A stretch of DNA of 37,490 nt from Armatimonadota bacterium (GTDB taxonomy: Bacteria; Armatimonadota; Chthonomonadetes; Chthonomonadales; Chthonomonadaceae). Of this stretch, positions 26,132 to 34,824 are shown piece by piece. Made by a program: the position numbers and the translations under genes. How positions within the stretch are numbered: position 1 is the first letter of the stretch; every line of letters starts with the position of its first letter. Where the stretch lies: the NCBI GenBank assembly GCA_026392135.1, contig JAPLCR010000601.1, positions 1 to 37,490 on the forward strand. Reading direction: 5' to 3'. The notes under the pieces were generated by a model that searched no databases, was not told the origin of the DNA, and saw only the letters and a list, made by a program, of their open reading frames with translations.

Positions 26132-27905
26132 CCCTTCTTTTGTGTTTCTTCTTAGCCTAACCCTTCTCTTAACCTCACGAGAATTGCGTGCCCAGTCCAC
26201 TGTTCTCGGCGACCCGCTCACGGGTAACGGCAGTGTCGCCCGCACACTACTTATTTACAAAGACCTCATGCAAGGTGTCGGTACTGCCCCTGTTGACGAC
26301 TCTGCCTTTGCCCTTCCGCAAAACTCTGCGCCCTCCCCTCACGATTTCGCGGGGAGGCTGACACTCAAGGGAGTCGCTACTTCAGGAGGTTTCCGAGCCG
26401 TCACCGACCTGTATGGCTACTCTGCCATAGAGCAACGTAAGCACCTACCTCCTTTCGATTTTGCCTTTGTGCAGAGTGGCAGCCACCTCATTCCTGTACA
26501 GCAGGGACTCTTCTACACTGGGCACCCTTACTGGAACTACCTATTAGGCGCGGGGCGTGTTTGGAAGGAGAAGAGTGATAGCGGCTGGTCGCGTTGTGCA
26601 ATCCCCTTCGCGCTCGTGCAGAGGAATCAGAACGCTGTGCACCGTGGCTCGTTGACCTTCCTTTTTAATGGCAAGAGCGTTTCCAATGTGCGGTATCAGA
26701 TAACGCAGGAGACCTGTACGTGGTTCAAATTTGATATGTGGGGGCAGGTCTCTGCGAAGTACACCGCGGCGTTGCCTGCCAATGCTGTTACTCTCAAAGA
26801 GAGTTACGCGCAAGAGGTTAAGAGCCGTATTCCCACGAAGCCTCTCACAGACCTTCCTAAAGACTACCCTGATTCTAAGGTAGACATTACCGTTTTTGGG
26901 AGAGGGATCAGCCCTGCACACCGTACTGCTTACGGCTTTTTTATTAATGGAACTCACTACGTCGGCACTCAGCCCACCCGCTATGGAGTCTATCCCTTTC
27001 CTGCGGAGTTGCGCCTTCCCTCCTTCTCGATTGCCAAGTCTGCCTTGGCGAGTGTGGCACTTATGCGTCTTGCTCAGAGGTACGGCGACGCAGTAGCCGA
27101 CCTGAATATTAAGGACTACTTACCAGAGGCGGCTACTAGCAGAGGCGACTGGAAGCAGGTCACATTTAACCATGCCCTCGATATGGCTACAGGCAACTAC
27201 GATAGCGCGAGCTACCTTGCAGATGAAAACAGCCTCAGTATGAGCCAGAGCTTCTTCCTTAAAGAGACCTATCAAGACAAAATGAAAGGTGCTTTGGACG
27301 CGCCAAACCGTACCGCTCCGGGCAAACAGTGGGTCTATCGCACGGCTGACACCTTTATAGCGACAACGGCAATGAACAGCCTCTTACGGAAGAGGGTTGG
27401 GGCGAACTCCGACCTATTTCAGATGCTTTGTGCAGATGTCTATACGCCGTTGGATTTGAGCGCAGGGGCTATGAGTACTCTCCGTACTGATAACAGTCCT
27501 ACCGGAAAGGCACTCGGCGGATACGGGCTTTTCGTGACTCCTGATGACGTTCTCAAAATCGCGAAGCTACTCAATAATGACGGCGGCAAGATTGGCGGAG
27601 TACAGGTGCTTTCCCCTCGTATACTCGCCGCCGCCCTTCAAAAAGACCCCAATGACAGAGGCATGAATATACCGGCTTATACCCTCAAATATAACAACGG
27701 TTTTTGGGCATACCAGATGACCCCACAACTGTACCCTGCCCTCAAAAGCCCTATCTGGGCGGTCTGGATGTCGGGTTTTGGCGGTATTGCCGTTCTGCTT
27801 ATGCCAAACGGTACGACCTATTACCATTTCAGCGACTTCAATGAGTTTCCCTCTATCGTTCCCTACGTTCTTGAGAGCCACAAACTGATTTCTCAGACCC
27901 CGTGA
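26094..27905 (+). CDS. secreted beta-lactamase-fold serine hydrolase with a ~300-aa N-terminal extension
   Basis: 603 aa. The start is TTG 26094 or ATG 26103. It has a signal peptide (FVFLLSLTLLLTSRELRAQ), an S-x-x-K nucleophile motif (PSFSIAKSALASVALMRL), and GGYGLFVTPDDVLKIAKLLNNDG, which is typical of the family. Confidence 0.6.
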   Translation: MSPMQKPISRRYSPSFVFLLSLTLLLTSRELRAQSTVLGDPLTGNGSVARTLLIYKDLMQGVGTAPVDDSAFALPQNSAPSPHDFAGRLTLKGVATSGGFRAVTDLYGYSAIEQRKHLPPFDFAFVQSGSHLIPVQQGLFYTGHPYWNYLLGAGRVWKEKSDSGWSRCAIPFALVQRNQNAVHRGSLTFLFNGKSVSNVRYQITQETCTWFKFDMWGQVSAKYTAALPANAVTLKESYAQEVKSRIPTKPLTDLPKDYPDSKVDITVFGRGISPAHRTAYGFFINGTHYVGTQPTRYGVYPFPAELRLPSFSIAKSALASVALMRLAQRYGDAVADLNIKDYLPEAATSRGDWKQVTFNHALDMATGNYDSASYLADENSLSMSQSFFLKETYQDKMKGALDAPNRTAPGKQWVYRTADTFIATTAMNSLLRKRVGANSDLFQMLCADVYTPLDLSAGAMSTLRTDNSPTGKALGGYGLFVTPDDVLKIAKLLNNDGGKIGGVQVLSPRILAAALQKDPNDRGMNIPAYTLKYNNGFWAYQMTPQLYPALKSPIWAVWMSGFGGIAVLLMPNGTTYYHFSDFNEFPSIVPYVLESHKLISQTP

Positions 27906-27923
27906 TATGTGCCACAATAGAAT

Positions 27924-28939
27924 ATGGACTACATTACGCAAATTAACGAAACTCTCATGCCAAAACCAAAGCAAGCCCCGCTTGTACTAGATTTGTTCGC
28001 GGGTTGCGGAGGGCTTGCGCTGGGATTCGAGGCGGAAGGCTTCGCAACGGTTGGTTTTGAAATGAACGCGGATGCTTGCGCTACCTATCGCCGTAACCTT
28101 CACGGAGAGTGTCACCAAGTCCGTTTAGCCCCGGAAACAGTCATTCCTGCGTCTACGGTTATTATTGGGGGCCTCCGTGTCAGCCGTTTAGCGTCGTTGG
28201 AAATCAAAAAGGAGTGGCGGACGACAGAGATGGCTTTCCCGTCTTTATCTCCGCAGTTCGCGCATTGCAACCCGATATATGGCTTTTTGAAAATGTGCGG
28301 GGGCTACTTTACCGTAGCAAATGGTACTTGGAGCAAGTCCTTTCCGAACTTCGAGAGTTGGGCTATGTAGTAGAGGTACGGCTCCTGAATGCCGCTCAGT
28401 ACGGCGTTCCGCAAAACCGTGAGCGTGTTGTAGTCGTGGGGCATCGCGGCGTTTTTCACTTTCCAAAGCCTATTTATAAAGTAGTAACAGCAGGAGAAGC
28501 ACTCATTGATTTAGCGCACATCGCCCCCCCTGAATCAAAATTTCTTACGGAGAGTATGGATAAATATATCGCAACCTATGAGCGCAAATCCCAATGCGTG
28601 AGACCGCGAGACCTTCACTTGAACACGCCTGCCCGCACCCTAACCTGTAGAAATCTTGCGGGCGCAACATCGGATATGCACCGTATTCGCCTTAGTGATG
28701 GTAGACGACGGAGGCTCCTTATTCGAGAGGCGGCAAGGCTCCAGAGCTTCCCTGACTGGTTTACTTTTGAGGGAAGCGAGGCTTCCATATTCAATCAGAT
28801 AGGAAACGCTGTACCACCCCTCATGGCGTTCCAACTCGCGAAGAGTGTCCGTGAGTACCTCGCCTCTTCCGAGCGCTTAGACGCAAAAAGCGTTCGCCGC
28901 TACGCCTCGCCTGTCCAGCCAAGCCTATTTACTTTATGA
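27924..28939 (+). pseudogene. DNA (cytosine-5)-methyltransferase of a type II R-M system; frameshifted at a G5 run as sequenced
   Basis: Motif I (DLFAGCGGLALGFE) is in the 27924 frame. Motifs IV (PPCQPFS), VI (ENVRGLL), VIII (QNRERVVVVG), IX (REAARLQSFPD) and X (GNAVPP) are in the 28109 frame. The frames meet at GGGGG 28167-28171. One extra G would read VIIGGPPCQPFS. The start is ATG 27924 or 27957. Confidence 0.85.
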
Positions 28940-29934
28940 ACTCTTTCAGAACTATCAAATTCAAAGGCGATAAGACCGAAAGCACGAGGAGGGTTATTCG
29001 TGAAGCCCTTGTCTTTTTACAACGGATAGGTGTTCCGTGCAACGGTTCTGACAGGGCTTTGGAAAAGATGGCGATGGCGTTTCTTGCCGTTGGCGATGTA
29101 AAAACATCTACCGACTGGTCGAACCTAAAAAGCGAGAGTTCAGGCAGGTCTCTAAAAACTCGCGAGATTATCAAATTCGAGAACGAAAACTTCCAAGAGG
29201 ATATTTCATCGGGGTCTTATGACGACATTCGCCGGAAAGACTTGCTCTATCTGATTGATGTAGGGGTAGTTGTCTCAACAATGCCCGATTCTGCTCGAAA
29301 CAACCCCAGTAGAGGCTATGCGATAGCGAATAATTTTGCAGAAGCCGCACGCTTTTTACCTGAAGGCGATTGGGAGACGATTGTGGCAAATTTTGTCAGT
29401 CCGAATGACACGCCAACCAATGCCTCATCTCTGCGCTATGAAGCGGTAACAGTTGTGATAACGCTACCCACAGGAGAGAGGTTAGAACTCTCTCCCGGCG
29501 AACACAACCAATTGCAAAAGGCTATAGTGGAACAGCTTCTGCCACGTTTTGCACAGGGCGCGGAAGTTCTATATTGGGGTGATGCCGCCCAAAAACGCCT
29601 TCATGTTATGCAAGAGCGACTAGAATCCCTCCGTTTTTTCGACCTCAAACATGGGGAGTTACCGGATGTCGTCGCCTATCTCTCCAATAAGAGTTGGCTG
29701 TTCCTGATTGAAGCGGTGTGCAGTAGCGGCCCTATGTCCGCCATAAGAGTTGGGAAACTGAGAACGCTAACCACCGACTGCACCGCAGGTATTGTCTACA
29801 TAACCGCGTTTTTCAGTCGTAAAGATTTCAGGAAATGGGTCGCGGAGATTGCATGGGAGACTGAGGTCTGGATTGCGGAAGAACCTGACCACCTAATACA
29901 TTTCAACGGAGACCGTTTCTTAGGTCCACGCTAA
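28936..29934 (+). CDS. type II restriction endonuclease, BsuBI/PstI family
   Basis: 332 aa. The C-terminal half carries the blocks I recall as the BsuBI/PstI family signature: GEHNQLQKAIVEQLLPRF, EVLYWGDAAQK, PDVVAYLSNKSWLFLIEAV, SSGPMS, VYITAFFSRKDFRKW, IAWETEVWIAEEPDHLIHFNGDRFLGP. The ATG overlaps the methyltransferase stop (ATGA). Confidence 0.75.
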   Translation: MNSFRTIKFKGDKTESTRRVIREALVFLQRIGVPCNGSDRALEKMAMAFLAVGDVKTSTDWSNLKSESSGRSLKTREIIKFENENFQEDISSGSYDDIRRKDLLYLIDVGVVVSTMPDSARNNPSRGYAIANNFAEAARFLPEGDWETIVANFVSPNDTPTNASSLRYEAVTVVITLPTGERLELSPGEHNQLQKAIVEQLLPRFAQGAEVLYWGDAAQKRLHVMQERLESLRFFDLKHGELPDVVAYLSNKSWLFLIEAVCSSGPMSAIRVGKLRTLTTDCTAGIVYITAFFSRKDFRKWVAEIAWETEVWIAEEPDHLIHFNGDRFLGPR

Positions 29935-30140
29935 AACACAAAGCAAAAACAAAGTGCCATTAAGTGTGCAGAACGCCTTTCTGATAGGGGAAGCGTGCTT
30001 TTGTTGTGAAAATTGCGAGATGTTCGCCACAATTTGATAGAATGTGCAGGTGAGAACGGGTAAGTGTGGAATTTTGCATAACGCCTCAACTTTACGAAAC
30101 GTAATGGGGAGACCTATTCGTAATGCTATCTACCAAAGAG

Positions 30141-30170
30141 TTGACAACTGTTAAAGAAAAATGTGATAAT
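30141..30170 (+). promoter_or_regulatory. candidate sigma70-type promoter upstream of pspA
   Basis: TTGACA (30141-30146), an 18-nt spacer, then GATAAT (30165-30170). It lies in an AT-rich 467-nt spacer and would give a leader of about 225 nt. Confidence 0.35.
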
Positions 30171-30401
30171 GCTGTTTCGTAGAGTCTGTATAGAGAGTTA
30201 CTGTGCCTGATTTCAAGAAGAGTAGCCTATAGCGGCGAGATGATTCGCGAACAGCCTTTTTAGCGAGTGTCAACTTACACTTAATGGAACAAAAATAGAA
30301 CACGCCATTCCGAAATACAAGATGAGAACTCTCGAAACTACTGAGTTTTAGGAACAGTTGTTTTCGGAATCTATGGATGTGGTAAAGGAGAAGGAGATAG
30401 A

Positions 30402-31238
30402 ATGAGTACAAGTTCTAATCCGTTTGTGCGGGCTTGGCGATACCTCAAGTCGCTTCTACATGGTAAGTTAGACCAGTGGGAAGACCCTGAGATAATCATT
30501 AACGATGCCGTTCGCGAAATGAAAGAGAGTCAGATAAAGAACCGTGAGATGGCGGTTCAGGCTATCACTCAGCGTAACAACCTGCAAAAAGAGGTAGACA
30601 ATCAAGAGCGTACCGTTGCTGATCTCGAAAAGAAGGCGATGATGGCTCTGCAAGGCGGTAACCGCGAACTTGCGAAGCAGTTCCTCAAAGAGAAGGCAAC
30701 CTACGAGCAGACCCTCGGTTCTATGAGGGAAAACCTTATACGTGCCAACGATTCGGTAGACAAGGTTAAAGTCGCTATTCGTTCTGAGGAAGAGCGCATT
30801 CGCCAACGGACTTCTGAAGCCCTTGCGCTGAAAGCCAACCTCAAACAGGCTCAAATTCAGAACAGGCTTGCTAAGGCTTTGGATAGTTTCCAGTTTAGCG
30901 ATACTGAAAGCAACTGGTCGGCGGCAAAAGAGCGTATCGCCTCCCTGCAATCCGAGGCAGATGCCCGCTCTGAGATTACTGGAACCAGTATTGACAGTAA
31001 GATGCGCGAAATGGAACTCACTCAGATGGATGTGGTCGTCGACCAAGAGCTTGCTGAACTGGAGATGAAGATGAGCAATAACCCCGCTCTCCGCTACAAC
31101 ACCTCCAATACACAGCAGATTCAGACCGTTGGAGGCGGCACAACCCCCAACAACGGAAACGGTACTGGGGCGAGTGTTCCTGAAAGCGATCTTGACCGTC
31201 AACTGAAAGAGTTAGAAGAACGTCTCGGCAAAAAGTAG
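30402..31238 (+). CDS. pspA: PspA/IM30 (phage-shock protein A / Vipp1) family protein
   Basis: 278 aa. The N-terminal amphipathic helix plus WEDPEIIINDAVREMKESQIKNREMAVQAITQRNNLQKEV is followed by a long coiled coil. AAGGAGAAGGAG RBS lies just upstream. Confidence 0.85.
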   Translation: MSTSSNPFVRAWRYLKSLLHGKLDQWEDPEIIINDAVREMKESQIKNREMAVQAITQRNNLQKEVDNQERTVADLEKKAMMALQGGNRELAKQFLKEKATYEQTLGSMRENLIRANDSVDKVKVAIRSEEERIRQRTSEALALKANLKQAQIQNRLAKALDSFQFSDTESNWSAAKERIASLQSEADARSEITGTSIDSKMREMELTQMDVVVDQELAELEMKMSNNPALRYNTSNTQQIQTVGGGTTPNNGNGTGASVPESDLDRQLKELEERLGKK

Positions 31239-31253
31239 CAGGGAGCGTAGACT

Positions 31254-31835
31254 ATGAGTATTCCTGAACGCTTCTATCGAATTGCTCGCGGCAAATTTAA
31301 CGAACTGCGCGATCGTATGGACGATTTGGACGCGGAGACACAGGAGCGTGAGGCGCAACGCGAACAGACTATCGCTACTAGGCGACAGTCTCGGCAAGAC
31401 GCAGCACGCGAACTGGGTGAGTCTCCGGGAGACTCGCAACTAAAGGCGGCTAAGGTACACGCGCCCGAATTGGGAGGTATTCAGCCGCGTATGCGTACCC
31501 CCGAAGAGATTCGGAAGGGAACTCCTGCGAGTACCAGCTCTCCTATGTCACAGACAAATACGGAGTACGACCCGCTGACACCTCACTATAACCTTTTAGG
31601 GATAGAGGTCGGCTCCGACTTTCAGACCGCACAAGCCGCGTATCAACGCCTATTAACGCGCTGTGATGTGAGCCGTTTCCCAGTAGGCTCTCCCGAAGCG
31701 CAGGACGCTCAGAGAATCCGTGAACGCCTTGAAGAGACGTTTCATATCTTGAAGGACGCACTTGACCCCGTTTCACGCCGCTTTGACATACTTGAGCTGG
31801 ACGAGTCGCCCGTCCAGCCTGAATCGGCGAAGTAG
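31254..31835 (+). CDS. J-domain-like protein lacking the HPD motif, with a PspA-like N-terminal helix
   Basis: 193 aa. The N-terminus is MSIPERFYRIARGKFNELRDRMDDLD. A charged, disordered middle follows. The C-terminus (HYNLLGIEVGSDFQTAQAAYQRLLTRCDVSRFPVGSPEAQDAQRIRERLEETFHILKDALDP) aligns by eye with J-domain helices I-III, but CDV stands where HPD is expected. Confidence 0.6.
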   Translation: MSIPERFYRIARGKFNELRDRMDDLDAETQEREAQREQTIATRRQSRQDAARELGESPGDSQLKAAKVHAPELGGIQPRMRTPEEIRKGTPASTSSPMSQTNTEYDPLTPHYNLLGIEVGSDFQTAQAAYQRLLTRCDVSRFPVGSPEAQDAQRIRERLEETFHILKDALDPVSRRFDILELDESPVQPESAK

Positions 31836-31844
31836 GAGAATTAG

Positions 31845-31880
31845 GAGGTTCCACCGTAACTTTCGGTGGAACCTCTGTTT
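31845..31880 (+). terminator. probable intrinsic terminator after the pspA operon
   Basis: A perfect 12-bp stem, GAGGTTCCACCG (31845-31856) with CGGTGGAACCTC (31864-31875), around a 7-nt loop. It is followed by a weak T tract (TGTTTC). Confidence 0.6.
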
Positions 31881-31940
31881 CACACCTGACCTCCCATAGG
31901 TTTACTCATTTGATGAAAAAGAACGCTGTTTCTCCACTAA

Positions 31941-32129
31941 AACCCTCTAGAAACAACCTTGACAGAGCCTGTCGTATCAGGGGATACGGGCATGGTGAGA
32001 TTTCTTATCAATTACAAAGCTGAGGTCAACATAGGTATTAGTGCAGAGTACACCCCCTTGGCTTATGCACGGAGATTCAAGCATTTCGATATTGCCGGTC
32101 TACTTCTCAATGCTGGTGCGAAGGAGTAG
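31941..32129 (+). pseudogene. ankyrin-repeat remnant or mini-ORF
   Basis: The open frame from 31941 (possible starts TTG 31959 or ATG 31992) to TAG 32127-32129 reads ...SGDTGMVRFLINYKAEVNIGISAEYTPLAYARRFKHFDIAGLLLNAGAKE. This is about 1.3 ankyrin repeats, with no N-terminal cap and no convincing RBS. Confidence 0.35.
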
Positions 32130-32359
32130 TGGACTGCTTGCAGAGGCTACTTCTATTAGTAGCGACAGGTTTCGCGATTTTTGCACACGAAAGCGTACCT
32201 AGATGCTACAAAACAGATAGGACGGAGCGATTCATGGTGTACAATGTATAAGTAGGTTTTCTTGGGTAGGTGCTTTTTAGCGTTTGCCCTAAGAGAGTCG
32301 TAACTTAGGCTAATTAGTACGGCGCAAAGTCGCCGATATCCGTGACAAGGAATCATACC

Positions 32360-34813
32360 ATGTCCTTTTTGGCGCGTCCTTTTTTGATTGGACTACTCGT
32401 TTTGGGAACAGGTTTTACGGCTCTTGCCCAGAAGCCCCTGCCCAAAGTTCTCTCTATTGTGGTGGAGCCTACCACACTGACTTTTTACGACGGGCGTGAC
32501 ACACGCTCCGTACTCGTGACAGGGCAGACCGCGAACGGCTACTCACTCGATCTCTCACCCGTTGCAAAATTTCAGGTGCAGGGCAACAGTATCGTGAAGG
32601 TAGACGAAGAGGGCAAAATTACGCCGCTCAAGGCGGGTAAAACGCTCGTAACCGTCACCGCCGGAGGCAAAACGACTACGCTCTCGGTGAATGTAAAGAG
32701 TGCTGTGCAACCTCCGATGAGTTTCGTGCGTGAAGTGATGCCCGTTATGAGTAAGGTGGGGTGTAATGCAGGCACTTGTCATGGCTCTGCTAAGGGCAAA
32801 AACGGATTCAAGCTCTCCTTACGCGGTTATGACCCTGCCTTCGACTATCATGCTCTTGTGGACGATGTTCTGGGAAGACGCTGTAACCGTGTAGACCCCG
32901 CTCAGAGCCTGATGCTCCTCAAGTCCACTGCAAAAATCTCCCACAAAGGAGGCGCAGTACTCTTCCCCGGCACAGCAAACTACGCTGTATTAGAAGGTTG
33001 GATTCGTGAAGGAGTGAAGGACGACTCGGCAACTGCGGCGAAAATCACGCGGTTGGAAGTGCTTCCGAAAACTCCAAACCTCACGCTTCCCGGTATGACC
33101 CAAAAGACCCTCGTTATCGCGCACTACACGGATGGAACCACCCGCGATGTTTCGCGCCTCGCAGTCTCTACAAGCAGTATGCCCGAAGTTGCGACCACCT
33201 CTCCTCTTGGTACGCTGACCGCTGTTCGACGCGGTGAAGCGGCACTGCTAGTGCGCTATGAGGGAAACTACGCCTCTACTGCCCTAACCGTTATTGGAGA
33301 CCGCACCGGCTATCAGTGGACGCAGCTACCACTGTTCAACTATGTAGACAAGCACGTTGACACGAAACTCCAAAAAATCAAGACGATACCCTCCCCTCTT
33401 TGTGATGACAGCACGTTTTTGCGCCGCGTCTCTATAGACCTTGTGGGACTTCCTCCCACTCCTGAGGTAGTACGCGCCTTTGTCGCCGATAAGTCCCCAG
33501 TGCAGATTAAACGGGCGAAGCTCGTAGACAACTTGTTGGCTTCCGCGGAGTATAACGAGCGTTGGACAAACAAGTGGTCTGACCTTCTCAGTGCCAACAG
33601 CAAGTTTCTGGGCGAGCGCGGGGTACGTAAGTTCCGCAACTGGATACAGACCTCCATTGCCTCAAATAAGCCCTACAATCAGTTTGTACGTGAGTTGGTG
33701 TTGGCTTCGGGGGATTCCTACGAAAATGCGCCCGCAAACTTCTACCGTGTAAACAACGACACTTCAAAGGCGACAGAGAACGTCACTCAGCTCTTTCTAG
33801 GAATACGCTTCTCTTGTAACAAGTGCCATGACCACCCCTTCGAGCGTTGGACTCAGAATCAATACTATCAGTTTGGCGCGTTCTTTGCGCGTGTAGCGCA
33901 TAAGTCGAGCCAGATGGCGGGTTCGGAGGTCGTCTTTGCGGCAGACAGCGGTGAAGTTACGCACCCTAAAACCAATGCTGTAGTCCCTCCGAAAGTTCCG
34001 ATAGGGCGTAGCCCCAAGTTGGCAAGTTTTGGGGACAGGCGCACAGGCTTCGCAGAGTGGCTGACCGCAACTGAAAACCCTTACTTCTCACGTGCTATTG
34101 TGAATCGTCTCTGGAGCTACTTCTTTGGCAAGGGAATTATTGACCCGGTAGACGACATTCGCGGAGGCAACCCACCCAGCAACCCAGAGCTACTCGAAGC
34201 ACTCAATGCAGACTTTGTGAAGAGCGGATATGATATGCGCCACATTATGCGCGTTATGGCTCTCTCCCGCACCTATCAGTCGTCGCTAGGCACAAACAAG
34301 TGGAATGTAGACGACATTATCAACTTCTCTCATGCAATGCCGCGCCGCCTAGAGGCAGAGCAGCTCCTCGACGCGATTCATGAGGCGACGGCGACAGTTC
34401 CTAAGTTTGAGGGACTGCCTATTGGCACAAAGGCGAAACAGCTACCCGATGCTGCTATTGCTGGCGGAGACCTCTTCTTGAGCCTGTTTGGTCGTCCGGC
34501 ACGCGAGTCTCCCTGCGAATGTGAACGTGTCAGCAACGTGAGTTTGGGGCAAGCCCTCAATCTTATCAACGGTCCCACCATCTCAGATGCGATTGCAAAC
34601 CCCGCAGGTCGTCTGGCGCGTTTTATGCAGATAAACCCTTCGGATGAGCAGGTCATCGAAGAGATTTTCCTCTCAACACTCTGTAGATACCCTACCGCCA
34701 AAGAGCGCAAGGACACGCTGAACTATATCAAGCAGTCGCCTTCGCGAATGGAAGGGGCGCAAGACCTCTCTTGGGCGCTTATCAATAGCCCCGCTTTTCT
34801 CTTTAACCGTTAG
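32360..34813 (+). CDS. PSCyt2 (DUF1549) / PSD1 (DUF1553) domain protein with N-terminal Ig-like (Big_2-like) domains
   Basis: About 817 aa from ATG 32360 (the track ORF starts at GTG 32342). It has a signal peptide ([13 protein letters not shown]) and Ig-like repeats. Conserved motifs are [41 protein letters not shown] and [21 protein letters not shown]. The C-terminus is [15 protein letters not shown]. Confidence 0.8.
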   Translation: MSFLARPFLIGLLVLGTGFTALAQKPLPKVLSIVVEPTTLTFYDGRDTRSVLVTGQTANGYSLDLSPVAKFQVQGNSIVKVDEEGKITPLKAGKTLVTVTAGGKTTTLSVNVKSAVQPPMSFVREVMPVMSKVGCNAGTCHGSAKGKNGFKLSLRGYDPAFDYHALVDDVLGRRCNRVDPAQSLMLLKSTAKISHKGGAVLFPGTANYAVLEGWIREGVKDDSATAAKITRLEVLPKTPNLTLPGMTQKTLVIAHYTDGTTRDVSRLAVSTSSMPEVATTSPLGTLTAVRRGEAALLVRYEGNYASTALTVIGDRTGYQWTQLPLFNYVDKHVDTKLQKIKTIPSPLCDDSTFLRRVSIDLVGLPPTPEVVRAFVADKSPVQIKRAKLVDNLLASAEYNERWTNKWSDLLSANSKFLGERGVRKFRNWIQTSIASNKPYNQFVRELVLASGDSYENAPANFYRVNNDTSKATENVTQLFLGIRFSCNKCHDHPFERWTQNQYYQFGAFFARVAHKSSQMAGSEVVFAADSGEVTHPKTNAVVPPKVPIGRSPKLASFGDRRTGFAEWLTATENPYFSRAIVNRLWSYFFGKGIIDPVDDIRGGNPPSNPELLEALNADFVKSGYDMRHIMRVMALSRTYQSSLGTNKWNVDDIINFSHAMPRRLEAEQLLDAIHEATATVPKFEGLPIGTKAKQLPDAAIAGGDLFLSLFGRPARESPCECERVSNVSLGQALNLINGPTISDAIANPAGRLARFMQINPSDEQVIEEIFLSTLCRYPTAKERKDTLNYIKQSPSRMEGAQDLSWALINSPAFLFNR

Positions 34814-34824
34814 AAGGAGTTACT

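Noticed and set aside
29957-30287. An 11-bp inverted repeat (CCATTAAGTGT / ACACTTAATGG) as possible terminal inverted repeats of a MITE or IS remnant
   Set aside because: The match does not extend beyond 11 bp. There are no flanking direct repeats and no transposase. It is kept only as a detail of the spacer finding.
29935-30401. A sigma54-type promoter (TGGCAC-N5-TTGC), as used for psp operons in proteobacteria
   Set aside because: I looked for it and did not find it in the pspA upstream region. The only TGGCAC...TTGC-like string (about 521-534) has the wrong spacing and lies inside rpsM.
30151-30411. 86-aa minus-strand ORF in the AT-rich spacer upstream of pspA
   Set aside because: Its composition (Leu/Phe/Tyr/Lys-rich) is what AT-rich noncoding DNA yields. 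It overlaps the pspA start and the candidate promoter, and it has no RBS.
30468-31202. 244-aa ORF antisense to pspA
   Set aside because: It is the mirror ORF of a codon-biased coiled-coil gene. It has no start context, and pspA on the plus strand has unmistakable family motifs.
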